Of a DNA stretch of 64,000 bases, positions 52,493 through 60,990 are shown one piece after another (within the stretch, counting starts at the first letter, position 1; each line of letters opens with the position of its first letter). The stretch covers positions 2,016,001 through 2,080,000 of the forward strand of contig OY969696.1 of the NCBI GenBank assembly GCA_963702005.1, read 5' to 3'. A program made the translations under genes and the position numbers. The DNA comes from Candidatus Aminicenantes bacterium (lineage in GTDB: Bacteria; Acidobacteriota; Aminicenantia; Aminicenantales; JAFGBC01). A model generated the notes under the pieces. That model worked only from the letters and a program-made list of their open reading frames with translations, searched no databases and was not told the DNA's origin.

Positions 52493-54233
52493 ATGATTAG
52501 AAAAACGCTCTCCGTATGGATGTTTTTAGCCGGCGCCCTCACGGCTGCTATCATAACCGTCGGGCCGGTCCTGGCGACTTCGTCTCAGCAGGCGGCCGGC
52601 TCCGAGCAAGCCGCTCCCGAAGGCGTCCCCGCGCGGGGCGAGATCATCGCCAAGAGCGCGATCAAGTCGGTCACTATCTTTCCCGAGCGGGCCACCGTCC
52701 TGAGGGAAGCCGAGCTCAAGCTTGACCCCGCCGTCAAGGCCGTCGTCTTCGAGGGACTGCCGGCGACCCTCATTCCCAGCTCGCTCCGCGTCACTGGAAA
52801 GGGGACTGCCGCCGTCAAGCTATTGGGCCTGGAGGTTGCCTCGATGTACCTCGAGTCGGCGCTCCTCCCCGAGATCAAGAAGGTCCAGGCCGAGATCGAC
52901 GCCGCGGAACTGGAATTAGCGAAGACGACGAACGCCCTCGAGGTCATCGACACGCAGGAGAAGTTTTTGAAGTCGATCGAGGCCTCGAGCTCGTCCAAAG
53001 CCTCCCAGGACATCGGGGCAGGCCGGGTCGATCCGGCCGCCTGGGAGCGAGTCGTCGATTTCCTCGGAGCGAAGCTCCTGGCCGTGAAGCAGGCGCGCCT
53101 GGGCGAGACCGTCAAGCAAAAGGAGCAAAAGGCCAAGCTCGATGCCCTCAAGAAAAAACTGGCGTCGATGATGCCCCAGCGGCCCCAGGAAGGCCGGAAG
53201 GTCACGGTCTTCGTCGAGACGGCCCAGACCGGGGCGTTCACGATGGCGCTGTCGTACACGGTGATCGAGGCCCGCTGGCAGCCGCTTTATACGCTACGGG
53301 CTTTGCCCGATTCCGGGGAGGCCGAGCTGGCCACGACAGCGCTCATCAGCCAGCGCAGCGGCGAGAACTGGACCGGGGTCAAGACCCTCCTTTCGACCTC
53401 GTCGCCGGTGCTCGAAGCCCAGCCCTCGGACCTCGAACCCTGGTATCTCGACATCTACGTTCCGCGGCGGGCCAAGTTTGAAGCCAAGCCCCAAGAAGTC
53501 GTGGGCGGCGTCGTGGGAGGAGTCGTGGGCGGCATCGAGAGCGCTAAAGAAATGCCGGTACCCCCGTCCGTGCCGCTCAGGGAAGCCGAGCTTCCCTCGG
53601 CCGCAGTCCTCGAATCGGGACTTCACCTCAACTTCGAGATCGCGCGGCCCGTCGACATCCCGAGCGACGGGACCCCGCACAAGGTCCCGATCGACGTCCA
53701 GCGGCTTAAGGCTGCCTACGACTACATCGCGATCCCCAAGCTGCAAGAAGCGGCCTATCTGCGGGGAAGCGTCAAGAACACGCTGGCCTACCCGGTCCTT
53801 CCCGGCCAGGCCGACCTGTTCATCCTCCAGGACTTCGTCGGGTCGACGAACCTCGGCCCGGTCGCGATGGGGGAGGAGGCCAAGACTTTCTTCGGCGAGG
53901 ACGGGCAGATCAAGGTCAAGTACGACGAGGTCAAGCGGGAGAAGAGCGGCCCGGGCTTCCTGGGCAAGACCGAGAAGCTCAGGATCGTCGCCCGGATCAC
54001 GGTCCAGAACCTTCGCAAAGAGGCGGCCGCGGTCGAGGTCCATGATCAGCTTCCGGTCAGCCGGAACGACAAGATCGAAGTCAAGGATGTAGCGCTAGCG
54101 CCCGCCCCCGCTAAGTAAGGATGAGAAGGGAATTCTGGTCTGGACGCTTAGCCTGGCGCCTCAGGAAAAGAAGGAAATCCTGATCGATTTCACGGTCGAA
54201 TATCCGAAGGACGCGCTCGTGACCGGCTTCTAA
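52493..54233 (+). pseudogene. DUF4140/DUF4139 (MuiA-like) protein, frameshifted near the C-terminus
   Basis: SVTIFPERATV, QRSGENW, IPSDG, DQLPVS. Premature TAA at 54116-54118; a family-type tail KDEKGILVWTLSLAPQEKKEILIDFTVEYP continues in the shifted frame to TAA 54233. Confidence 0.8.
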
Positions 54234-54244
54234 AGCGCTGAAGC

Positions 54245-54738
54245 TAAAGGGGTTGTCGCCCGCCGGCAACCCCGGCCGGCGGGGAGGGGGCCCAGTCCGG
54301 GTCGGCGCCGAAACCCCGAGCGCGCCTTTCCACCGTCAGCCGATCAAGTAAGGGGGTGATCCCCCGGGCGGGTGGGCAATTAACCCCCTCCGAGAGTCGA
54401 GGGGAGGAAAAATCATCACGAAAATCATCCAAGGCGGTGATTGCCAGACGCCTCCGCCCGCCTTATTATGACAACCGAAGTGGGCAACATGACGAACGCA
54501 GCCGAATGTGATCGTCAGGGAGTAGGAGGCAACCTCTCCGCCGGGTGGGTCGGCGCGGAGTCGGCTCGGTCCGTGAAGGGCCTTTGGACGGGCAGAGCCT
54601 CCGCCGCGCCGCCCCTCTCGTGGTTCCGCTTCTCAACTTTGAGCCAGATACCCAATCTTTACTAACCCTCCTTCCAAGGCCCCCTCAAGAAGGGAGCGGT
54701 CCCCGGGCTGGAAAGCAGACCGGGGACCGCATTTTTTT
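54245..54738 (+). ncRNA. Candidate large structured non-coding RNA, class not recognised
   Basis: No credible ORF; at least ten stems found by eye, several using G-U pairs, with GNRA-like loop sequences on the + strand; ends in a terminator. Confidence 0.55.
54696..54738 (+). terminator. Intrinsic terminator
   Basis: GCGGTCCCCGG...CCGGGGACCGC 11-bp stem followed by ATTTTTTT. Confidence 0.75.
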
Positions 54739-54746
54739 CCCGGGAC

Positions 54747-54881
54747 ATAATTCTGGGGACACACGACTTAATTCATCCCTAAAATCTTCCCTATCGCCGC
54801 CGAATTAAGTCGTGTGTCCCCAGAATTATTTACTTGAGTTAGGGCTGAATTAAGTCGTGTGTCCCCAGAATTATTTACTTG
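54747..54881. repeat. GGGGACAC-type REP-like cluster related to family A
   Basis: Arm ATAATTCTGGGGACACACGACTTAATTC at 54747-54774; its reverse complement occurs twice within 35-bp direct repeats at 54802-54836 and 54847-54881. Confidence 0.8.
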
Positions 54882-55822
54882 GCGCCTTTGAAGGAGATGC
54901 TGACCTTATTGCGGCCCTGCCACTTGCTGTGAAGCATGAGCTGTTCAGCCCGGGTGACCAGGCTCTCGATTGTGTCTTCCCTGCGAGCCAAGGTCGCGCC
55001 CATCGAAACGGTGCAGGAGATGAACTCCGTCTCGACCGAGATATGGGACTGGCTGATGAGGAGCCGCAACTTGTTGGCGACCATGTCGAGCTTGGCTTCG
55101 GTGATGTTGAGGACGGAGACCAAAAACTCCTCCTTGTCCCAGCGTCCGGCGGCGTCGAAAAAGCGGACATTGCTGGCCAGGGTCTTGGCGATCATCCGCA
55201 GGACGCGGTCGCCGACCTCGCGGCCGTGGCGATCGTTGATAGCGGTCAGGTGGTCGACGTCGATGAAGAGGACGCCGAAGGGGAGTTTGTAGCGCTGCAT
55301 CTCGGTCAGGCGGGAATGGAGATGGACCTCGAGGAACTGACGGTTGGCGACTCCCGTCCCGCGATCGAGGAGGGACATCCGCTCGAGCTCATGGAGATTC
55401 TGGGGCATCAGGATGCGCGGCGAATAGTCGACGAAGACCTGGCCGCAGCCGGCCGGCTTGCCCGCCGCGTCGACGACGGGAAAGGCGCTGATCTGGACGG
55501 GGAGCCGGTAGCCTTCTTTATGGAGGATGTAGACCGTTTCCCGGAAGACCGCTCCCGACTGGATGGCCCGGTCGGCCGGACAGAATTCCCTGCACTGGAC
55601 GACGCCCCTATCGTCGACGTGGACCAGGACCTTGTCCGAGCAATGTTTGCCCATGACCTCGGAGGCCGGGTAGCCCGAGATGATCTCGGCGCCCTTGTTC
55701 CAGAAGACGATCCTTTTATCCCTGTCCAGGAAATAGACGCCGTTGTCCAAACTGTTGAACAGGATTTCGCAGAAGTCCGGATTGAAGCCGTTTAGGAGCT
55801 CGCTGAAAAGATGCTCGCTCAA
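54875..55822 (-). CDS. PAS + degenerate GGDEF-domain protein
   Basis: PAS WNKGAEIISGY; DRGTGVANR, IDVDHL, INDRHG..VGD; active-site position reads RWDKEEF. Confidence 0.85.
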   Translation of the reverse strand: MSEHLFSELLNGFNPDFCEILFNSLDNGVYFLDRDKRIVFWNKGAEIISGYPASEVMGKHCSDKVLVHVDDRGVVQCREFCPADRAIQSGAVFRETVYILHKEGYRLPVQISAFPVVDAAGKPAGCGQVFVDYSPRILMPQNLHELERMSLLDRGTGVANRQFLEVHLHSRLTEMQRYKLPFGVLFIDVDHLTAINDRHGREVGDRVLRMIAKTLASNVRFFDAAGRWDKEEFLVSVLNITEAKLDMVANKLRLLISQSHISVETEFISCTVSMGATLARREDTIESLVTRAEQLMLHSKWQGRNKVSISFKGAK

Positions 55823-55960
55823 ACGATACCCCTCACTTATATTATAATCCTACGTTCCTTATAGCAAAGAAAGTCCCGTATTGTCAATTCTATGGTTGTT
55901 GAGGGACAGCTGAGCCCGTCTAAGCGTGTTAAAGGAGGCCGGATTCCGAGTCAGCGAGCG

Positions 55961-55989
55961 TTGACTTCTTCCTAACAGGGTGTTATGTA
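55961..55989 (+). promoter_or_regulatory. Putative sigma70 promoter
   Basis: TTGACT-N17-TATGTA with an upstream TG. Confidence 0.45.
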
Positions 55990-56016
55990 TAGCCTATTAG
56001 GACGGGGAGGAGCGGC

Positions 56017-57087
56017 ATGGATAGACGCATCATCGGGGTCAGGCTGAAGCGCGTTCGCGAAGAAACCGGTCTGAGCCAAGGGGCCTTCGCCCGCCGTCTC
56101 AGCCTGTCGGGCGAGTACATCTCGCTCCTCGAGGCCGGCAAGCGCACGCCTTCGTTCGCGACCTTGAACCGGATCGCCGCCTTCCTCCACAAGGACATCT
56201 CGATCTTCTTCGAGGAGAAGGAGAACGCCTTCCTGCTCCTCCTCCGCGGCGAGGGCCTCGACGACCGCTCCAAGGCAGAGCTTATGCGCTTCCGCCGCTA
56301 CTGCGAGGAGTACCTCAAGCTCGAGGAGATCACGGGCCGCCGCCTCCCGCTCGCCCCCTACTACGCCCCGATCGCGGCCGACCGGATGGCCGACGAGGAG
56401 CGCCGCCGCCTCGGGCTGGGCGACGAGCCCATCCGCGACATCTTCGGCTTGATGGAGATGAACGGCTGCCGCGTCCTGCGCCAGCCCCTGCCCCAGGAGT
56501 GCAAGGTCTCGGGCGCCTTCATCTTCCTCGAGGCGCGCCAGGCCGGCTTCGCCCTCATCAACGCCGGCCAGAGCGCGGGGCGGCAGGCCTTCAGCGCCGC
56601 CCACGAATACTGCCACTACCTCCGGGACCGCGGAGACGGTCCGGTCATCGAGAACCCCGACGTCTTCATCGACGAGCTCGTCTCCCTCTACCCGCCCCGC
56701 GAGCAATACGCCCAGCAGTTCGCGGCCCGCTTCCTGATGCCGCCGGCCAAGGTCCGCGAGATCGTCGACAAGGACATCGCCGGGAAACGCCCCTCCTACG
56801 AGGACGTCCTCTATCTCAAGCGCTATTTCGGGGTCAGCGCGGTCGCCATGCTCCGGACGCTCCGCGACATGGGATACTTAAGCAAACAGCAGTTTGAACA
56901 GCACTATAAAGCGGATCACGACCGCCGCGAGAAAGAGCTGTTCGGGACGTCGGCCGAGGAAGGCGCGAGCGCGCGAACCGGAGTCTTGGGCCTGTCCCGG
57001 AGGCGCGCCGTCGTCTCGGACCGCTTCAGGCTGCTGGCCCAGGAAGCCCTTAAAAGGTCCGCGCCCGCCAAGAACGCCAAGGGATGA
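56017..57087 (+). CDS. XRE HTH + ImmA/IrrE (peptidase M78) fusion
   Basis: GLSQ..FA..ISLLEAGKRTPS; RQAFSAAHEYCH (HExxH); FAARFLMP; FGVS. Confidence 0.9.
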   Translation: MDRRIIGVRLKRVREETGLSQGAFARRLSLSGEYISLLEAGKRTPSFATLNRIAAFLHKDISIFFEEKENAFLLLLRGEGLDDRSKAELMRFRRYCEEYLKLEEITGRRLPLAPYYAPIAADRMADEERRRLGLGDEPIRDIFGLMEMNGCRVLRQPLPQECKVSGAFIFLEARQAGFALINAGQSAGRQAFSAAHEYCHYLRDRGDGPVIENPDVFIDELVSLYPPREQYAQQFAARFLMPPAKVREIVDKDIAGKRPSYEDVLYLKRYFGVSAVAMLRTLRDMGYLSKQQFEQHYKADHDRREKELFGTSAEEGASARTGVLGLSRRRAVVSDRFRLLAQEALKRSAPAKNAKG

Positions 57088-57105
57088 AAGGGAAAGGAGA
57101 AGGCC

Positions 57106-57891
57106 ATGCCCTTTGATCCCTGGAAGGACATCAACGAAAAGATCCTGGCCTGCCGGAAGCTCCCGACCCCGAAGGCGAGGATCGATTGCTTGGAAAAGCT
57201 TTTCGGTAAGATCCGGGACGGCATGGTCGCCCAGGTCCTGGGCGAGGAGTACGAGGCCGCCGGCGACATCCCCCAGGCCAAGAAATATTACAAGCTGGCC
57301 GAGGAGATGTTCCCCCTCCAGGACTATAAGGACAAGGCCAGGCGGTCGTTGGGGCGCCTCGAGAGCATTCCGATCGGCGCCTCGCCCCGCGCCGAGGACG
57401 ACGGGGATCGGGCGGCCGGCCCGTTCACCCTCAACCTGGCCGAATTCGACCCGGCTAAAACTTTGATCGTCGTCGGCTGCACCAAGACCAAGGCCTGGGA
57501 GTCGTCGCCGTCCGCGCCCGACTTCATCCCGGCACGCTATGCCTATAAGGGCCAGGGGTTCGTCCAGTTTCTTATCTGGGCCGAAAGCCCGACGATTCAG
57601 TTCGAGAAAAGGGGATTCCGCTGGGTCATTTTAAGCGCGAAATACGGGTTCCTCGAGCCCTGGCATCCGATCGCGAACTATGATATTTCGATGGATGACG
57701 CCGAGATGGCGGTCAACGTCGGGACCCTCAAAGCCCAGGCCCGCCAGAGGCGGCTCTGGAAGTCCGGGCAGGCCAAAGCGAAGTCCGTCCTGCTCGTCGA
57801 CTTCAAGACGATCCTCTGCGTCAACTGTCCCAAGGCTTACCTCGAACGGATCCAGGCCGTGTTCCGCGACGCCAAGGTCATAAGCGTCTAA
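57106..57891 (+). CDS. TPR-like + DUF6884-like protein
   Basis: IVVGCTKTK, PARYAYKG, WVILSAKYGFL, IANYD. Confidence 0.7.
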   Translation: MPFDPWKDINEKILACRKLPTPKARIDCLEKLFGKIRDGMVAQVLGEEYEAAGDIPQAKKYYKLAEEMFPLQDYKDKARRSLGRLESIPIGASPRAEDDGDRAAGPFTLNLAEFDPAKTLIVVGCTKTKAWESSPSAPDFIPARYAYKGQGFVQFLIWAESPTIQFEKRGFRWVILSAKYGFLEPWHPIANYDISMDDAEMAVNVGTLKAQARQRRLWKSGQAKAKSVLLVDFKTILCVNCPKAYLERIQAVFRDAKVISV

Positions 57892-57900
57892 ACTAAAGCC

Positions 57901-57975
57901 GGGGTCAAACCTACACTTTATCACTTTGTGCAATTTGGTTTTTTGCACTTTTTGACAAAGTGTAGGTTTGACCCC
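57901..57975. repeat. Family C palindrome, copy 2
   Basis: Same 19-bp arms as 21968-22018 with a longer internal stem-loop. Confidence 0.85.
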
Positions 57976-58091
57976 GATCCCTTATACCCCTTGAGATAGA
58001 CGTTTGCCTTGCGGAGATCCCCGCCGTATGAAGCAATATCCGTCCAGGTCGTCTCGCCGGATCCGATGAAGCTCTGGCCGGGCGCCGCCTG

Positions 58092-58745
58092 TCACACCGG
58101 CGGCGGAGGCGGCTGCTTTCCGGGAGCTCGTACTCGCGAATGGGGCGGCCCGGCGAGCCAGACGGCCAGGAGTTCGCCGGTGATCTTCAATCCGACCAGG
58201 GCGGCCAGCCCGCCCATGGGATTGGGTCCGGACCGCGCGACCAGCGGCGCCAGCATGCACGCCGCGAAGAGCAGGAAGGCCCAAGCCCCGCCATGGAGCT
58301 GAAGCGGCAAGCGCGGCCGACGGCCGATGATGCCGAAGGTCACGAGCTCCCGCCCGAGATGGAAAAGATGGGAGGCGAGGATGACCAGGAGGGCGAGCCG
58401 GACCTCGACGCAGAGGCGGCCGACCCGGGCGAAGCCGTCGCCGATCGCGGCCTCCAACGATTCGTACGGCCCGAAAACGAGAAGGGCGAAGAAGCCGAAG
58501 AAGATCATAAAGACGAACTCGAAGAAAAATGTGCCTTTGAGGGCGAGTTTGTTCGGGGCGCAAACGACGCGGACGGCGTCCTCCAGCAGATAAACGATGC
58601 CTTCCAGGATGAAGAGGAGGACGACCGCGTTCTTGTCCCAGTCTTGGGCCAGGACGCCGTAAAGGACGATGCCGTTGGCCGCCAAGACGGCGACGGTCCG
58701 GGAGATGCGGTCCCAGAGGGACCCGGGGGCGTGGCTCAGCGGCAC
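58092..58745 (-). CDS. Hypothetical membrane protein (DUF6498-like)
   Basis: ANGIVLYGVLAQDWD..VVLLFILE; multiple TM segments. Confidence 0.65.
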   Translation of the reverse strand: MPLSHAPGSLWDRISRTVAVLAANGIVLYGVLAQDWDKNAVVLLFILEGIVYLLEDAVRVVCAPNKLALKGTFFFEFVFMIFFGFFALLVFGPYESLEAAIGDGFARVGRLCVEVRLALLVILASHLFHLGRELVTFGIIGRRPRLPLQLHGGAWAFLLFAACMLAPLVARSGPNPMGGLAALVGLKITGELLAVWLAGPPHSRVRAPGKQPPPPPV

Positions 58746-59021
58746 CTCCGGCTCATTAATCGGACCCGAGTTTAAACTTCACTATGAAAGCGTCATCGGC
58801 GAGACACGCGCAGATTAAAATGATTATTTTCATAAACTAAAATTTTTTATCCCTAAACAATGCTATTTTATAGTCCCGGATTTTGTCAACTGAAAAAGCA
58901 CCCAGGCGGCGAAGGCGATTGAATACAATATTCACGCTGCCTTGACAGGGTTTGACCTCCTCTTGACATTCGGAACGCCGAGACTTATTAGTATTCATGA
59001 ACGACAATAGGGGAGGACACC

Positions 59022-60920
59022 ATGAGACATGTCAGGTATCTGGCTTTTTTTTTGATTTTCATCGCTGCCCTTGTCCTAACGGCCGGCCCCGTCTCCGTCA
59101 ACTCAAACGCCTCCAAAGCCTCGGTCGCCGCTCCCTTCTGGGCCCAAACGGCCGGACCGTACGGAGGCGTCGTCCGCTGCTTTCTCCGCCGCCCGGACGA
59201 CACGATCTTTGCCCTGACCGAAACCGGCGGAGTCTTCCGTTCGTTTGACCACGGCGCCTCCTGGACTCATTGCGATATCCCCGGGTCGAATCCCTGGCTC
59301 CGCTGCGGGATCGTCGCCCGCAACGGGGACGTTCTCGTCGCGACGCTGTATTCCGGCCTGTACCGCTCCGCGAACAGCGGCGATACCTGGACCCGAGTCT
59401 TCCGCGGCTCGGCTACGAAAGGTTTCTTGCCGGATGCCATGGTCGTCGATTCGAAGAAGTGGATCTATCTGTTCGAGCGTCATGGGATCTACGTCAGCAA
59501 GGACCACGGAGGGACTTGGGCCAAGGTCCGGAAACCCATCAGAGATGACTATGCCGTCATGGCGGCGGCCGCCAATTGGCGCGGCCAGCTGTTCGCCGCG
59601 GCCGGGCCCGAGGGGGTCTATCGCTCCGACGATGACGGGCTGACCTGGACTGCCGTCAATGCGGGCTTGACGTCGCGCTGGACATATTCACTGCTCGTCG
59701 ACCCCGGAAATTATGTGTTCGCCGGGGGAGGGGATGGGATATATCGGTCGGTCAATAACGGCGCGTCCTGGTCCAAGGTCATGTCGTTTCCCTCGGACGT
59801 GACCTATGCGCCTAAGGTTGAATCGCTGTTCATGGGCTTTAAAAGCTACTTCTACGCCGGGACGTTCCGGGCGGGTGTCTACCTATCCAAGGACCGGGGA
59901 GCCACCTGGGCTCAAATCAACGTCGGCCTGCGCGACCTGTGGGTCCATTGCGTCCTGTCCGATTCCAAGGGCAATGTCTTTGCCGGCACGAACGGCGGCG
60001 CCGGCATCTACCGTTCGACTGAGTCCTCCCCGAAATGGGCGCCGTCCAATACCGGTCTGGCCAATACCCAGGTCACCGCCCTGGCCGCCGACCCGTCCGG
60101 CCATCTCTTTGCCGGGACGGATTATACCTGGTACGGCGGCGGCATGTTCCGCTCGACGGACGCGGGAGCGCATTGGAAGACCAGTGGCCTGGCCGATAAA
60201 GAGGTCAATTGCATCGCCGTCAGCCGCTCGGGCCATATCTTCGTCGGCACCACGGAAGACGGCCTATTCCGGTCCACGAACCAGGGCTTGGCCTGGAAGG
60301 CGATCAACGCCGGCTTGCCGGAAAGGTACATCGTAGACTTGGCGATCAACGCCTCCGGACAGATCTTCGCCGGACTCGCCTCCGAAGGGGTTTATTGCTC
60401 GAGCGACGACGGCGCGAGCTGGACGCCCGTCAACTTCGGCCTGACCGACAAGAAGATCGGGAAGCTGGCCGTCGCTCCGAACGGCGACCTTTTCGTCTCG
60501 ACGAATAACGGCGTCTTTCGCTCGACCGACAACGGCGGGAGTTGGACCTGCAAGGGGCTGCAAAATCAAGCCGTTTTTTCCCTGCTGGCCAAGGCCGGCG
60601 GGCTGATTTTCGCGGGAACCAACTTGAGCGGCATCTTCGTTTCGAGCGATAACGGCGAAACTTGGCACTTCCGGGGCCTGAAGGGCAGAGCCCTGAGTTC
60701 TCTGGCCGTCAATTCGGCCGGCCATGTCTTCGCCGCCGATTGGGGAGGGGCGGACGATGTCGGCGTTTTCAAAACCGTCAACAACGGCGTCTCCTGGATA
60801 AAAATCACGTCCGGACTGACGAACAAAAACGTCAGCTCCATCGTGGTTTCTCCCGACGGCTATCTCTACGCCGCGACAAACGGCGCCGGCGTCTTCCGCA
60901 GCACCTCCAAGGTGGATTAA
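59022..60920 (+). CDS. Secreted BNR/Asp-box (two-propeller) repeat protein
   Basis: SD GGAGG, signal peptide, more than ten G(V/L)(F/Y)RSxDxGxxW repeats. Confidence 0.9.
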   Translation: MRHVRYLAFFLIFIAALVLTAGPVSVNSNASKASVAAPFWAQTAGPYGGVVRCFLRRPDDTIFALTETGGVFRSFDHGASWTHCDIPGSNPWLRCGIVARNGDVLVATLYSGLYRSANSGDTWTRVFRGSATKGFLPDAMVVDSKKWIYLFERHGIYVSKDHGGTWAKVRKPIRDDYAVMAAAANWRGQLFAAAGPEGVYRSDDDGLTWTAVNAGLTSRWTYSLLVDPGNYVFAGGGDGIYRSVNNGASWSKVMSFPSDVTYAPKVESLFMGFKSYFYAGTFRAGVYLSKDRGATWAQINVGLRDLWVHCVLSDSKGNVFAGTNGGAGIYRSTESSPKWAPSNTGLANTQVTALAADPSGHLFAGTDYTWYGGGMFRSTDAGAHWKTSGLADKEVNCIAVSRSGHIFVGTTEDGLFRSTNQGLAWKAINAGLPERYIVDLAINASGQIFAGLASEGVYCSSDDGASWTPVNFGLTDKKIGKLAVAPNGDLFVSTNNGVFRSTDNGGSWTCKGLQNQAVFSLLAKAGGLIFAGTNLSGIFVSSDNGETWHFRGLKGRALSSLAVNSAGHVFAADWGGADDVGVFKTVNNGVSWIKITSGLTNKNVSSIVVSPDGYLYAATNGAGVFRSTSKVD

Positions 60921-60990
60921 GAAATATTTTGACCCCGATCGATTTGACCCCGATCGACCCGGCGTGCTACATTTTAGTAAAAGGAAACCT

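Noticed and set aside
54241-54738. RNase P RNA, tmRNA, SRP RNA or cobalamin riboswitch
   Set aside because: Only superficial resemblance (GGGGAGG..AGTCCGGG; GAGCCAGA). GAGGAAAGUCC/ACAGAACCCGGC, the tmRNA T-arm and CCA end, the SRP core and GCCACUG are absent on both strands.
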